Origin: an uncultured Gemmataceae bacterium | Lineage (GTDB): Bacteria; Planctomycetota; Planctomycetia; Gemmatales; Gemmataceae | Length of the DNA: 64,000 nt | Direction of reading: 5' to 3' | Assembly: GCA_963750165.1 (NCBI GenBank) | Contig: CAVVPN010000003.1 | Span: 3,296,001-3,360,000 of the forward strand | In this document: positions 52,543 through 63,447 of the stretch, piece after piece | How the letters are laid out: each line of letters opens with the position of its first letter | Numbering within the stretch: the stretch's first letter is position 1 | Notes under the pieces: generated by a model | The model's input: the letters and a program-made list of their open reading frames with translations, nothing else | The model's database searches: none | Told to the model about the DNA's origin: nothing | Position numbers and translations under genes: made by a program

Positions 52543-55497
52543 ATGATGCGCTGCCGGAAGTTGATGGCCACCAGTGTGCCGTTCTGCCTGGCACTACTGC
52601 TGACCCTGGGCCTGCTGCCGACCGCGGCATGGGCACAGGGGGACAAGCAATCGGCCCAGCCGTCGCCGGCGGCTGTGCAGTTCTTCGAGACGAAAATCCG
52701 CCCCATCCTGGCCGCGAACTGTTTCGGCTGCCACGGCCCCAAGAAGCAGCGCGGCGACCTGCGCCTGGACTCGCGGGCCGCCATGCTCGAGGGTGGCGAT
52801 CAAGGCCCCGTGCTGGTGCCTGGCAACCCGGACAAGAGCCTCATTATCAAGGCCGTCCGCTACGACGACAAGCACCTGAAAATGCCGCCGGACAGGAAGC
52901 TGCCGCGCGAGCACGTCGCCGACCTGACGCAGTGGGTCAAGCTGGGCGCCCCCTGGCCCGGTGACACGAAAGTCGCCGGCAACCCACCGCGCAAGGGCGA
53001 GTTCAAGATCACCGACAAGGACCGTCAACACTGGTCCTTCCGCCCGCTCCAGCGTCCGAAGACGCCGGCCGTCAAGAACGCCAAATGGGTGACCAATCCC
53101 ATCGACGCCTTTATCCTGCACGGCCTGGAGGCGAAGGGCCTGCGACCGAACCCGCCGGCGTCGAAGCGCGAACTGCTCCGCCGCGTCTACTACGACCTGA
53201 CCGGCCTGCCGCCGACGCCCGCCGAGGTGGAGGCGTTCGTCAATGACAAATCACCGGACGCTTATGAGAAGGTGGTGGACCGCCTGCTGGCGTCGCCGCA
53301 CTACGGCGAGAAGTGGGCGCGCTCCTGGCTGGACCTGGTGCGCTTCGCCGAGACCAACAGTTACGAGCGCGATAACCCCAAGCCGCACGCCTGGCGCTAC
53401 CGCGATTACGTCATCCGCGCCTTCAACGAGGACAAACCCTATGACCGCTTCGTCAAGGAGCAGCTGGCCGGCGACGAGCTGGCCCCCGACAACGCGGACG
53501 CGCTGATCGCCACGGGTTACTATCGCCTCGGCATCTGGGACGACGAACCGTCCGATCCGCTGCAGGCGCGCTTCGACGGCCTGGACGATCTCGTCGCCAC
53601 CACCGGCCAGGTCTTCCTCGGCCTGACGATGGACTGCGCCCGCTGCCACAACCACAAGATCGACCCGATTTCGCAGAAGGACTACTATCGCTTTTTGAGC
53701 TTCTTCCACAACGTCAACCACTACCGCGGCGGCGGCCCGACCGACCTGCGGCCGATCCTCACGCCGGATCGGAAGAGCGCCTACGACCAGCAGGTCAAGG
53801 AACTGCTGGCGAAGCGCGACAAGGTGCAGGCGGAACTCTCGGCGATCGAGAAGGAACTGCGTGTCGCCCTGTTGAAGACTGGCAAGGGCGCCGCCCAGGG
53901 TTTCGACCTGGACGATTTGACGTACCGATATTACCGCGACAGCTGGACGAAGTTGCCGGACTTCACCGCCCTCAAGCCGGAGGACACGGGCAAACTGCCG
54001 CGCAACCTTTTCGACCTGGGACCGCGCACGCGCGACGAGGCGTTTGGCTTCGTCTACGAGGGCGTGCTGATCGTGCCCGAGGCCGGCAAATACACCTTCT
54101 ACCTCGACTCCGACGACGGCGCGCGGCTGACCGTGAACGGCAAGCAGGTGATCCTGTACGACGGCATTCACGGCGAGGGCATGGAGAAGACCGCGACGGT
54201 GACGCTACCGAAGGGCCGGCTGCCGATCAAGCTGGAATATTTTCAGAACCAGTTCGGCTTCGGCCTGACGGTGGGCTGGTCCGGTCCCGGCTTCGGCCGC
54301 CGTTACCTGTCGGTGTCGGCGCGGCAGGCGGCGGGCGATCTGCGGCAGTTGATGGCCAGGGAGGGGCCGAGTCTGCTCGGCAAGGAGCGCGTGGCGGCGT
54401 ACAACAAGCTGAAAAAATCGCTGGAGGCGTTGAAGAAAAAGCAGGTGCCGGCGGAGATGGCGCTGTGCGTGAGCGAACCGGGGCCGACGCCGCCGGAGAC
54501 GCGCGTCATGATCCGCGGCAACCCGCACGCGCCCGGCGACGTGGTGACGCCCGGCTTCCCCGAGGTGCTGACGACCGCCGCGCCGATCATTTCCGCACCG
54601 AAGCCGGGCGCCCGCAGCAGCGGCCGCCGGCTGGCGCTGGCGAACTGGATTGCGTCGAAGGACAACCCGCTGACGGCGCGCGTCCTGGTCAACCGCGTCT
54701 GGCAGAATCATTTCGGCCGCGGCATCGTGCGCTCGACGAACGACTTCGGCTACCAGGGCGCGAAGCCGACGCACCCCGAGCTGCTGAACTGGCTGGCGGC
54801 GGAGCTGATCGACGGCGGCTGGCGGCTGAAGCGGCTGCACCGCACGATTCTGCTGAGCAGTGCTTACCGCATGTCGTCGCGGCCGCAGGAAAAGGCGCTG
54901 GCCGCGGACCCGGCCAACGATGCTTTCTGGCGTTTCGACATGCGCCGCCTGACCGCGGAGGAAATCCGCGATTCCATTCTGGCCGTCAGCGGCAACCTCA
55001 ATGGGAAGATGTTCGGCCCTGGCATTTACCCGGAAATCCCGAAGGAAGTGCTGGCCGGGCAGTCGGTGCCGGGCCGCGGCTGGCCGAAGTCGTCGCCGGA
55101 GGAGGCGGCGCGGCGGAGCGTCTACATCCACGTGAAGCGGTCGCTGATCTACCCGATCCTGGAGACGTTCGACGTGGCGGAGACGGATCGCTCCGTGCCG
55201 GTGCGTTTCTCAACAACGCAACCGCTGCAGGCGCTGACGATGCTCAACGGCGACTTCCTGAACAAGCAAGCCGTCCTCTTCGCCGACCGCCTGCGCCGCG
55301 AGGCGAAGGACGTGCCCGCCCAGGTGCGGCGCGGGTTGTATCTGGCGACGCAGCGACCGCCGACCGCCGCGGAGGTGCAGCGCGGCGTGGACCTGATCGC
55401 CGCGCTGCGGCGCGAGGACGGCCTGTCCGAGACGGCGGCGCTGAACGGCTTCTGTCTGGTGGTGTTGAATTTGAACGAGTTCATGTATCTGGATTGA
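52543..55497 (+). CDS. planctomycete cytochrome c + DUF1549 + PA14 + DUF1553 (PSD1) protein
   Basis: CFGCH, NPIDAFI, YGEKWARSWLD, CARCH, SDDGARL (PA14), PTHPELL, LNLNEFMYLD. Confidence 0.93.
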   Translation: MMRCRKLMATSVPFCLALLLTLGLLPTAAWAQGDKQSAQPSPAAVQFFETKIRPILAANCFGCHGPKKQRGDLRLDSRAAMLEGGDQGPVLVPGNPDKSLIIKAVRYDDKHLKMPPDRKLPREHVADLTQWVKLGAPWPGDTKVAGNPPRKGEFKITDKDRQHWSFRPLQRPKTPAVKNAKWVTNPIDAFILHGLEAKGLRPNPPASKRELLRRVYYDLTGLPPTPAEVEAFVNDKSPDAYEKVVDRLLASPHYGEKWARSWLDLVRFAETNSYERDNPKPHAWRYRDYVIRAFNEDKPYDRFVKEQLAGDELAPDNADALIATGYYRLGIWDDEPSDPLQARFDGLDDLVATTGQVFLGLTMDCARCHNHKIDPISQKDYYRFLSFFHNVNHYRGGGPTDLRPILTPDRKSAYDQQVKELLAKRDKVQAELSAIEKELRVALLKTGKGAAQGFDLDDLTYRYYRDSWTKLPDFTALKPEDTGKLPRNLFDLGPRTRDEAFGFVYEGVLIVPEAGKYTFYLDSDDGARLTVNGKQVILYDGIHGEGMEKTATVTLPKGRLPIKLEYFQNQFGFGLTVGWSGPGFGRRYLSVSARQAAGDLRQLMAREGPSLLGKERVAAYNKLKKSLEALKKKQVPAEMALCVSEPGPTPPETRVMIRGNPHAPGDVVTPGFPEVLTTAAPIISAPKPGARSSGRRLALANWIASKDNPLTARVLVNRVWQNHFGRGIVRSTNDFGYQGAKPTHPELLNWLAAELIDGGWRLKRLHRTILLSSAYRMSSRPQEKALAADPANDAFWRFDMRRLTAEEIRDSILAVSGNLNGKMFGPGIYPEIPKEVLAGQSVPGRGWPKSSPEEAARRSVYIHVKRSLIYPILETFDVAETDRSVPVRFSTTQPLQALTMLNGDFLNKQAVLFADRLRREAKDVPAQVRRGLYLATQRPPTAAEVQRGVDLIAALRREDGLSETAALNGFCLVVLNLNEFMYLD

Positions 55498-55511
55498 CAT
55501 TAACCCTTCTT

Positions 55512-55599
55512 TCGTGGGGCAGACATTCCTGTCTGCCATTGAGGTTGACAGACAGGAATGTTTGCCCCACGACAAGAGCGCTAAGCCGCAAGCGGCAGA
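55512..55599. repeat. REP doublet GTGGGGCAGACATTCCTGTCTG plus a single GCGCTAAGCCGCAAGCGG arm
   Basis: Matches repeats at 14221-14252 and 6294-6315. Confidence 0.8.
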
Positions 55600-55617
55600 A
55601 ACAAGGAACTTCACCCC

Positions 55618-57078
55618 ATGAGCGCATCCCCCCCCGACCCGAAGCAACCGCACGGCACCTTCTGCCGCCGCACCCGCCGCGAGTTCCTCTGGGAGGCCGG
55701 CGCCGGCTTCACCGGCCTGGCGCTGTCCGCGCTGCTGGCGAAGGACGCCGCGGCCACTCCGCAATCCACCAACCCGCTGGCGCCGCGGGCGCCGCACTTC
55801 GCGCCGAAGGCCACGAGCGTGATCTTCCTGTTCATGTACGGCGGCCCCAGCCAGGTCGATACCTTCGACTACAAGCCGCGGTTGTACCAGCTGGACGGCC
55901 GCACCATCCAGGTGCAGACGCACGGCCGCGGCGGCCACCGCAATCAGGGCCGCGTCGTCGGGCCGAAGTGGCGATTCCGCCAGTACGGCCAGAGCGGCAA
56001 GCACGTCAGCGACCTGTTCCCGCACCTGTCCGGCTGCGTCGATGACATCGCCTTCCTCCACAGTATGACCGCGGACTCGCCGATCCACGGCTCGGCCATG
56101 CTGCAGATGAACAGCGGCAAGATCCTGTCCGGCAGCCCGTGTGTGGGCTCGTGGGTCAACTATGGCCTGGGCAGCGAGAACCAGAATTTGCCGGGCTTCG
56201 CGGTCATGCTCGACCCGACCGGCGGCCCCATCAGCGGCGCCAAGAACTGGTCGAGCGGCTACATGCCGGCCAGCTACCAGGGCGTGATCCTGCGCGGCGG
56301 CGCTCACCCGATCCTCGACCTGGACCGGCCGCAGGGCACGCCCGCCGCGGCCCAGCGCCGCCTGCTCGACACGCTCAACCAGTACAACAGCGCTCACCAG
56401 CTGCCGCGTGCCGACAACAGCAACCTGGCGGCCCGCATCGCCAGCTACGAGCTGGCCTTCCGCATGCAATCGCACGCCCACGAGGCGGTGAACCTGGCCC
56501 AGGAGACGGAGGAGACCAAAAACCTCTACGGCGTCAACCAGGCGCAAACGGCGGACTTTGGCACGCGCTGCCTGCTGGCGCGGCGCCTGGTGGAGCGCGG
56601 CGTGCGCTTCGTCCAGCTGTATTCCGGTGGCGCCCACAATGACGACAACTGGGACGCGCACGGCAACCTGGTGTTGAACCACACCCGCCACGCCGGCCGC
56701 ACCGACAGGCCGATTGCGGCGCTGCTGAAGGACCTGAAGCGGCGCGGCCTGCTGGACACGACGCTGGTGATCTGGGGCGGCGAGTTCGGCCGGCAGCCGA
56801 CGGCCGAATACGCGACCGGCACGGGCCGTGACCACAACGCCTACGGCTTCACGATGTGGTGCGCCGGCGGCGGCATCAAGGGCGGTGTCAGCGTCGGCGC
56901 CACGGACGAGCTGGGCGCCGCCGCGGTGGAGCACCGCTTCCACGTCAAGCACCTGCACGCGACCATCCTGACGCTGATGGGCCTGGACCCGATGCGGCTG
57001 ACGTATTTTTACGGCGGCCTGGATCAGCGGCTGGTCGGTGTCGAGGGGGCGGAGCCGATTCGCCAGATCATGGCTTGA
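55618..57078 (+). CDS. DUF1501 family protein (Tat-exported)
   Basis: TRREFL, GGPSQVDTFDYKP, ERGVRFVQ, WDAH, GEFGR, GRDHN. Confidence 0.93.
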   Translation: MSASPPDPKQPHGTFCRRTRREFLWEAGAGFTGLALSALLAKDAAATPQSTNPLAPRAPHFAPKATSVIFLFMYGGPSQVDTFDYKPRLYQLDGRTIQVQTHGRGGHRNQGRVVGPKWRFRQYGQSGKHVSDLFPHLSGCVDDIAFLHSMTADSPIHGSAMLQMNSGKILSGSPCVGSWVNYGLGSENQNLPGFAVMLDPTGGPISGAKNWSSGYMPASYQGVILRGGAHPILDLDRPQGTPAAAQRRLLDTLNQYNSAHQLPRADNSNLAARIASYELAFRMQSHAHEAVNLAQETEETKNLYGVNQAQTADFGTRCLLARRLVERGVRFVQLYSGGAHNDDNWDAHGNLVLNHTRHAGRTDRPIAALLKDLKRRGLLDTTLVIWGGEFGRQPTAEYATGTGRDHNAYGFTMWCAGGGIKGGVSVGATDELGAAAVEHRFHVKHLHATILTLMGLDPMRLTYFYGGLDQRLVGVEGAEPIRQIMA

Positions 57079-57208
57079 ATCCCGGAACGTTGAAGAGGCT
57101 TCGATGCTCGATGCATCGCCATGGCGCTCAGACCAGGCGCTGTTGCGATGCACTGTGCCAGGGTCCGCGCCGTGAACGATCGTGAGAAACCCCTGAGAGG
57201 ATTGTGCC

Positions 57209-59776
57209 ATGCTGCCGTCAAAGTGCCGACTCTCTCGCAAGCTCCTGTTGCCGCCCGTGGCGCTGCTCGCCGCGGCGCTGGCCTGGCAGGCTTACGCCAG
57301 GGTAACCGCGCCCACGCGGCCGGCTCCGGTCGCCACGGATCGCCCGTCTGAACTGGAAGCACTGGCCAACGTCTACACCGTAGCGGACGGCACCGTCCTG
57401 CGCAAGTCACCGGCCGGCGGCAAGAAGGCCGGCGCCGAGACGCCAGGCAATGTGGACTCCCTCGACCTGCCCGCCGCGTATCTGCGTGCCGAGCAGCTCG
57501 GCAAACAGACGCAGGGCCGCGTCTTCAAGGCGACGATCACGCCGCACTGGTTCGCCAACAACACGCGCTTCTGGTATCGCAACGACCTCAAGGGCGGCAA
57601 GAAGGAGTTTATCCTCGTCGATGCCATCAAGGGCACGCGCGGCCCGGCATTCGATCACCAGAAACTCGCGGCGGCGCTGTCCAAGGCGGCCGGCATCGAC
57701 TCCAAGGCGGACCGGCTGCCCTTTGACGCCATCGAATTCGTGCAGGACGGCGGCGCGGTGTGCTTCAATGCGGCCGGCGGCAACTGGCAGTGCGATCTGA
57801 CTTCGTATGTATGCAGCCCCACGGAGAAGACGCCGCAGGTGGAAGCCCCCGAGGAGTTGCCGCCGCCCGCGGTGGAGGAGGATCGCTGGGGCCACGACGC
57901 GCCGGCCGATGATGAACTGTCGCCCGAAGAGTCGCCGCAAAAGGGCAAGGGCAAGAAACAACCGGGCAAGGTACTTGCCACCGAGGCGAAGTCGCCGGAC
58001 GGGAAATTTCTGGCCTTCATCAAAAACCGCAACGTGGTGCTGCGCGACGCGGACGGCAAGGAGACGCAGGTGACGCAGAACGGCGTCGAGGGCAACCCCT
58101 ACGGCGCCCTGGCGTGGTCGCCCGACGGTAAGGCGCTGCTGGCGTTCCGCATCGAACCCGGTGACAACAAGCCGGTGTACCTCATCGAAACCAGCCCGAA
58201 GGATCAACTCCGCGCCAAATTCCGCGAGCGCGTTTACCCGCAGCCCGGGGATAAGTTCGCGGTTTATGAAATGTACGCCATCAACCTGGCGGACAGGACG
58301 CCGGTCAAGGTGGCCGTGGACCGGTTTGATAGTTTCAAGGGCCAGCCGCGGCTACGCTGGAAGAAGGATGGCCGTCACGCCCTCTACGAACAGATGGACC
58401 GCGGCTACCAGCGCTTCCGCTTCATCGAGGTGGACGCCCACACCGGCAAGGCCCGCAACATCATCGACGAGAAAACCCAGACGTTTATCGATCATTACAC
58501 GTTTCACTACCTGCAATATTTGCCCGACACGGAAGAAGTGCTGTACGTCTCGGAAATGGACGGCTGGAAACACATTTATTTGTATGATGTCAAGGCCGGG
58601 AAACTCAAACAGCAAATCACGAAGGGCGCGTGGGTGGTGCGCGGCATCGACCGGGTGGACGTGCAGAAGCGGCAAATCTGGTTCCGCGGCAGTGGCAAGA
58701 ACGCCGGGCAAGATCCGTACCTGGTGCATTACTATCGTGTGAACTGCGACGGCGGCGGCCTGGTGGCGCTGACCGACGGCAACGGCCATCATGTTCCCCA
58801 GGGAGCGGGGAAGTTCGCCCAGCAGGGCTTGAAGTTCTCCCCGGACAGGAAATACATCATCGACACCTATTCGCGCGTGGACATGGCCCCCGTCCACGAA
58901 CTGCGGCGCGTTGCGGACGGTGCGTTGGTTTGCGTCCTGGAGAAGGCGGACGTGAGCGCCCTGGAGGCGACCGGCTGGCGCTACCCCGAGGTGTTCCAAA
59001 CGAAGGGCCGCGACGGCAAGACGGACATCTGGGGCATTGTGTGCCGGCCGCAGAAGATGGACCCCAACAAGAAATACCCGGTGATCGAATACATCTACGC
59101 CGGGCCGCACAGCCATCATGTGCCGAAGTCGTTCAGCGCCTATCGGCAGATGGCGGCGCTGGCGGAGTTGGGGTTCATTGTGGTGCAGATTGATGGCATG
59201 GGCACTGCCTGGCGGTCGCGGGCGTTTCATGACGTGTGCTGGAAAAACCTCGCCGACGCCGGCTTCCCGGATCGTATTCTGTGGATTCAGGCGCTGGCCA
59301 AACGCTACGGCTACGTGGACGTGACGCGCGTGGGCATCTACGGCACCTCGGCCGGCGGCCAGAACGCGCTGGGGGCGCTGCTGTTCCACCCCGACTTCTA
59401 CAAGGTCGCCGTCTCCGCGTGCGGTTGCCACGATAACCGCATCGACAAGTGGAGCTGGAACGAAGCCTGGATGGGGCTGCTCGGCAAACATTATGTGGAG
59501 CAATCCAACGTCACCAACGCCCACAAACTCCAGGGCAACCTATTACTCATCCTCGGCGAACTGGACACCAACGTGCCGCCGGAATCGACCTACCGTGTGG
59601 TGGACGCGCTCGTCCGCGCCGGCAAGGATTTTGACCTGCTGGTGGTGCCGGGATTGGGGCACTCCAGCGGCGGCCAGTATGGCGGCCGTCGCCGCGACGA
59701 TTTCTTTGTGCGCCACCTGCTTGGCGTCGAACCGCCCAACCGCAACGCCGCCCGTGCAAAAGGCGGGGCGGAGTGA
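57209..59776 (+). CDS. exported S9B (DPP IV-like) peptidase
   Basis: Beta-propeller, YAGP, GTSAGG nucleophile, LDTNV, GLGH. Confidence 0.92.
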   Translation: MLPSKCRLSRKLLLPPVALLAAALAWQAYARVTAPTRPAPVATDRPSELEALANVYTVADGTVLRKSPAGGKKAGAETPGNVDSLDLPAAYLRAEQLGKQTQGRVFKATITPHWFANNTRFWYRNDLKGGKKEFILVDAIKGTRGPAFDHQKLAAALSKAAGIDSKADRLPFDAIEFVQDGGAVCFNAAGGNWQCDLTSYVCSPTEKTPQVEAPEELPPPAVEEDRWGHDAPADDELSPEESPQKGKGKKQPGKVLATEAKSPDGKFLAFIKNRNVVLRDADGKETQVTQNGVEGNPYGALAWSPDGKALLAFRIEPGDNKPVYLIETSPKDQLRAKFRERVYPQPGDKFAVYEMYAINLADRTPVKVAVDRFDSFKGQPRLRWKKDGRHALYEQMDRGYQRFRFIEVDAHTGKARNIIDEKTQTFIDHYTFHYLQYLPDTEEVLYVSEMDGWKHIYLYDVKAGKLKQQITKGAWVVRGIDRVDVQKRQIWFRGSGKNAGQDPYLVHYYRVNCDGGGLVALTDGNGHHVPQGAGKFAQQGLKFSPDRKYIIDTYSRVDMAPVHELRRVADGALVCVLEKADVSALEATGWRYPEVFQTKGRDGKTDIWGIVCRPQKMDPNKKYPVIEYIYAGPHSHHVPKSFSAYRQMAALAELGFIVVQIDGMGTAWRSRAFHDVCWKNLADAGFPDRILWIQALAKRYGYVDVTRVGIYGTSAGGQNALGALLFHPDFYKVAVSACGCHDNRIDKWSWNEAWMGLLGKHYVEQSNVTNAHKLQGNLLLILGELDTNVPPESTYRVVDALVRAGKDFDLLVVPGLGHSSGGQYGGRRRDDFFVRHLLGVEPPNRNAARAKGGAE

Positions 59777-59825
59777 CGGGCCGGAACTGGGAGCATTGGC
59801 ATCGCTGGTCGCCTGGTGGCGCCGG

Positions 59826-59886
59826 TTGTCCGCGCAAGGGAGCCAAGGGAGCCAAGGGAGCCATCTTTTTCACACGTCGAGATCGG
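59826..59886. repeat. partial third copy of the MITE core
   Basis: (CAAGGGAGC)x3 followed by TTTTTCACACGTCGAGAT, as in 35728-35776. Confidence 0.65.
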
Positions 59887-59917
59887 GCACCCTTCCATCA
59901 CGCCGGAGTAATTCGTC

Positions 59918-62900
59918 ATGATCGGTCGTTGGATTCAACCTGTCCTGCTGGCCACGTTCCTGGTGCTGGTGAGCGGGACGCTGCACGGCGAAGGGCCCGG
60001 TCCCTCCGCCCGGCAAGAGCCAAAGGTGAAGGGCGGTGAACAGAAGCCTGCGGTAGCACAGCCCAAGGGCAAGACGCCGCCCGTCCCGGATTTGCGCGAA
60101 CTGCTGGCGACGCCGCGCAGCGAGTTCGCCGTCGTGGTCCGCCGCTTCGACGCCGATCACGGCAACCTCAATCGCCTGTATTCCATCCAGGCCTCACCCA
60201 CCCGACACGCCCGGCTCAGACGCTTTTACGCCGACTGGCTCGACGCGCTGCGGAAACTAAACCCCGCGGCGCTGAGCAAGGAAGGGCGCACGGATCACGA
60301 AACCCTGCAAAAAACCATAGAAGCCGACCTGATGCGCCTGAACCAGCAGGCGCGTGTCCAGGCCGAGATCGTCCCGCTGGTGCCGTTCGCCGCGACGGTC
60401 ATTCACCTGGAAGAGTCGCGCCGCCGGTTGGAAAAGGTGGACGGCGCCAAAGCCGCCGGGCAATTGACGGCGCTGAAGAAACAAATTGGGCAAACACAGT
60501 GGTTGATCGAGACGGGCCTCAACGTCAACAAGTCGCTTCTCACCCGCGCCGCCGATACGACCGCAGCATTACGCGCCGCGCTGAAAAACTGGCACAACTT
60601 CTATGATAGCTACGACCCCGTGTTCAGCTGGTGGGTGAGCCTGCCGTACAAAGACGCTGACCAATCCCTGCAAAGCTATGTTAGTTTCCTGCGTGAGCAG
60701 GCGAACCAGGCCGGGGACGACCCGGTGACCTACGCCCCGGGCGCGGCCGGCCCGCTCAAGGTCAACGTCAAGCTGCCGCCGAAGGCCGCCGACGTGCCGA
60801 ACCTGAAGGAAATGCTGGCCGCGCCGCAGAGTGAGCTGGCCGTGGTGCTCCAGCGCTTTCAGAAGGACCGTGGCAGTCTGGGCGGCAAGCTGACGAAGCT
60901 CCCCGGGTTTCCAAAGGGGCCGGTGTCGCCAGAGCGCGCCGCCCGTCTGAAGAAGTTTTACGGCGACTGGCTCGCGGCGCTGCCGAAACTGGACTTCGAC
61001 AAACTCAGCCGCGAAGGTCAGGTCGATTACCTGCTGCTCAAAAACCATCTCGAACGCGAATTGCGCCGGCTGGACCTGCCGCCCCCGAAGGCGGCGGCGA
61101 AGAAGGATAACAGCGGCATTACTGGTCGGCCCATCGGCCGCGAAGCGCTGCTGCTGGAGCTGGCTGGCGAGATGATCCCGTACACGCCGGAAGAGCTGAT
61201 CGCGCTGGCCAACGCGGAGTTCGCCTGGTGCGACCGCGAAATGCTCAAGGCGTCGCGCGACCTCGGCTTCGGCAACGACTGGCGCAAGGCGCTGGAGAAG
61301 GTCAAAACGCTGCACGTGCAACCGGGTCAGCAACCCGAGTTGATCCGCTTCCTGGCGTTCGAGGCCATCGACTATTTGAAAAAGCACGACCTGGTGACGG
61401 TGCCGCCGCTGGCTGCGGAGACGTGGCGCATGGAAATGATGTCGCCGCAGCGGCAACTGGTGAATCCGTTCTTCACCGGCGGCGAAACCATCAGCGTGGC
61501 GTTCCCGACCAGCACCATGTCGCACGAAGCCAAGCTGCAAAGTATGCGCGGCAACAACAAACATTTCAGCCGCGCGACCGTGCATCACGAATTGATCCCG
61601 GGACATCATTTGCAGCTGTTCATGAACGCCCGAACCAACACGCACCGGCGGCAGTTCGGCACGCCGTTCTGGGTGGAGGGCTGGGCGCTGTACTGGGAGT
61701 TCGTGCTGTACGACCACGGCTTTCCCAAGACCGCCGAGGACCGCGTCGGCTTTTTGTTCTGGCGCATGCACCGCTGCGCCCGCATCATCTTTTCGCTGGA
61801 ATATCATCTGGGCAAGAAGTCGCCGCAGGAGTGCATTGATTTTCTGGTGGAGCGCGTCGGCCACGAGCGCGACAACGCCACCGCGGAGGTGCGCCGCTCC
61901 TTCCAGGGCAATTACGGCCCGCTCTACCAGGCAGCGTACATGCTCGGCGGGTTGCAAATCCGGGCGCTGCGCAAGGAACTCGTGGACAGCGGCAAGATGA
62001 CGGAGCGCGATTTCCACGACCGCATCTTGCAGGCGGGGAACATGCCCATCGCAATGGTCCGCGCCTGTTGACGGACGAGAAGCTCGGCCGCGACTACGCG
62101 CCGAACTGGAAGTTCTACGGCCCCAACCCGGGCGGGGCCGGCGGTGCTCAGGCGGAGAACGGTGATGACACCGCCGCGCGCGGCCCCGCTCAGAAAGCGT
62201 TTGACAAACTACAGGAAGAACACTTCGAAGCCAACCAGAAGTTGCAGAGTGGCCTGGAAACTGACAGTCCAGAATGGCAGGGCTACTGTAGAAAGTACAT
62301 CGACAAATACCTCGCTCACGCCCAACAATTTCCCCGGGATAGTAGCGCCGTTGGTGCCTTGCTCGAGGTCGTTTCGCTCTCGGGGGAGGTTGACCGTCAG
62401 TTGCAAAAACAAACTCTGGCCCGGTTACGCCGCGATTACCTCAAGACGCTCCTGGTCATCCCTTCCTTACGAAATCTCGGCCTCGGGCAGAGCCAGCTTG
62501 CGCATGAACTCTTGCGTGAGATCGGCGAAACCAACGAAAGTAAGCGGGTCCGTGCGTTGGCGTGGCGCGCCCTCATCAATGGGCGTTCGTTTTACGTGGA
62601 TAGTCAAAAGCCGCTGCTGGCCAAAGCCAAGGCGCGCACGAACAATCCGGAAGCAGTGGCCGACTGGGAAGCCAGGATTGCGAAGTGGGAGCGGGACATT
62701 GCCGAGGCCAAGGCAAAACTCCGTGCCCCCGAGTTGGCCGGCGCACTGGCCGACGTTTCGGTGGGGGCGAAGGTTCCCGGGACGCAGGCCATCAGTTTGA
62801 CCGGCAAGAAAGTGTCCCTGGCCGACCACAAAGGAAAGGTGATCGTCCTTGATTTCTGGCACACGCACTGCGGCCCGTGCCTGCGGATGATTCCTGCAAC

Positions 62901-63200
62901 CAATGCGCTGGTGCGCGAGATGAAAGGCCGGCCCTTCGCAGCCATCGCCATCAGCGCGGATGAGCGCAGGGAAGTGGTCCTGAAGTTCCAGGAGAAAACG
63001 GCGCTGCTCGGCGAACAGTGGTGGGCAGGGCACGGCGCCGCGCCCTGGAAATCTGGGACGTCAACGGGTATCCGACGGTGTACGTTATTGATCATGAAGG
63101 CATCATCCGGCACCGGCAAACCGGCTATGACCCAAAAACGGACAGGCTTGCAGAGTTGGTCCGAGCGTTGGTCAAAAAGGCGGAAGCATCTACAAGATGA
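59918..63200 (+). CDS. DUF885 family protein apparently read through into a TlpA/redoxin domain (apparent frameshifts near 62065 and 63043)
   Basis: HHELIPGHH, EGWALYWE, YMLGGLQ; C-terminal LTDEKLGRDYAPNWKFYG opens ORF 62068..63309, which has DFWHTHCGPC; YPTVYVIDHEGIIR lies in ORF 63018..63200. Confidence 0.7.
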
Positions 63201-63314
63201 CGAGAAGCTGAAAAGGATCGGGTCAAGCAGCACGGTCGAGCCGATGAGTTCTGTTGTTCAGCAACGAGAGGAAAAGGGGGCGCAACTCGATTCGGCGTCA
63301 AACAAATGAGAGCG

Positions 63315-63404
63315 GCCGAACCAGGTGTTGCACGTGACGGGTCAACTGAGGTTGCGATGACAGCATTGAGTCGAGCGGCCCGCACGTGAACTGGGGTGTT
63401 CGGC
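63315..63404 (+). mobile_element. attC-like integron cassette recombination site
   Basis: R'' GCCGAAC, L'' TTGCACGTG, L' CACGTGAA (one extrahelical G), R' GTTCGGC; 90 bp. Confidence 0.7.
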
Positions 63405-63447
63405 CCAGAGGTGGCGGGTCAAGCGTTGCTGTCCAGAAGTGAGGTGA

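Noticed and set aside
57110..57155. Hairpin TGCATCGC...GCGATGCA between DUF1501 and the peptidase as an ncRNA
   Set aside because: Short, single-copy in this window, with no recognisable family features.
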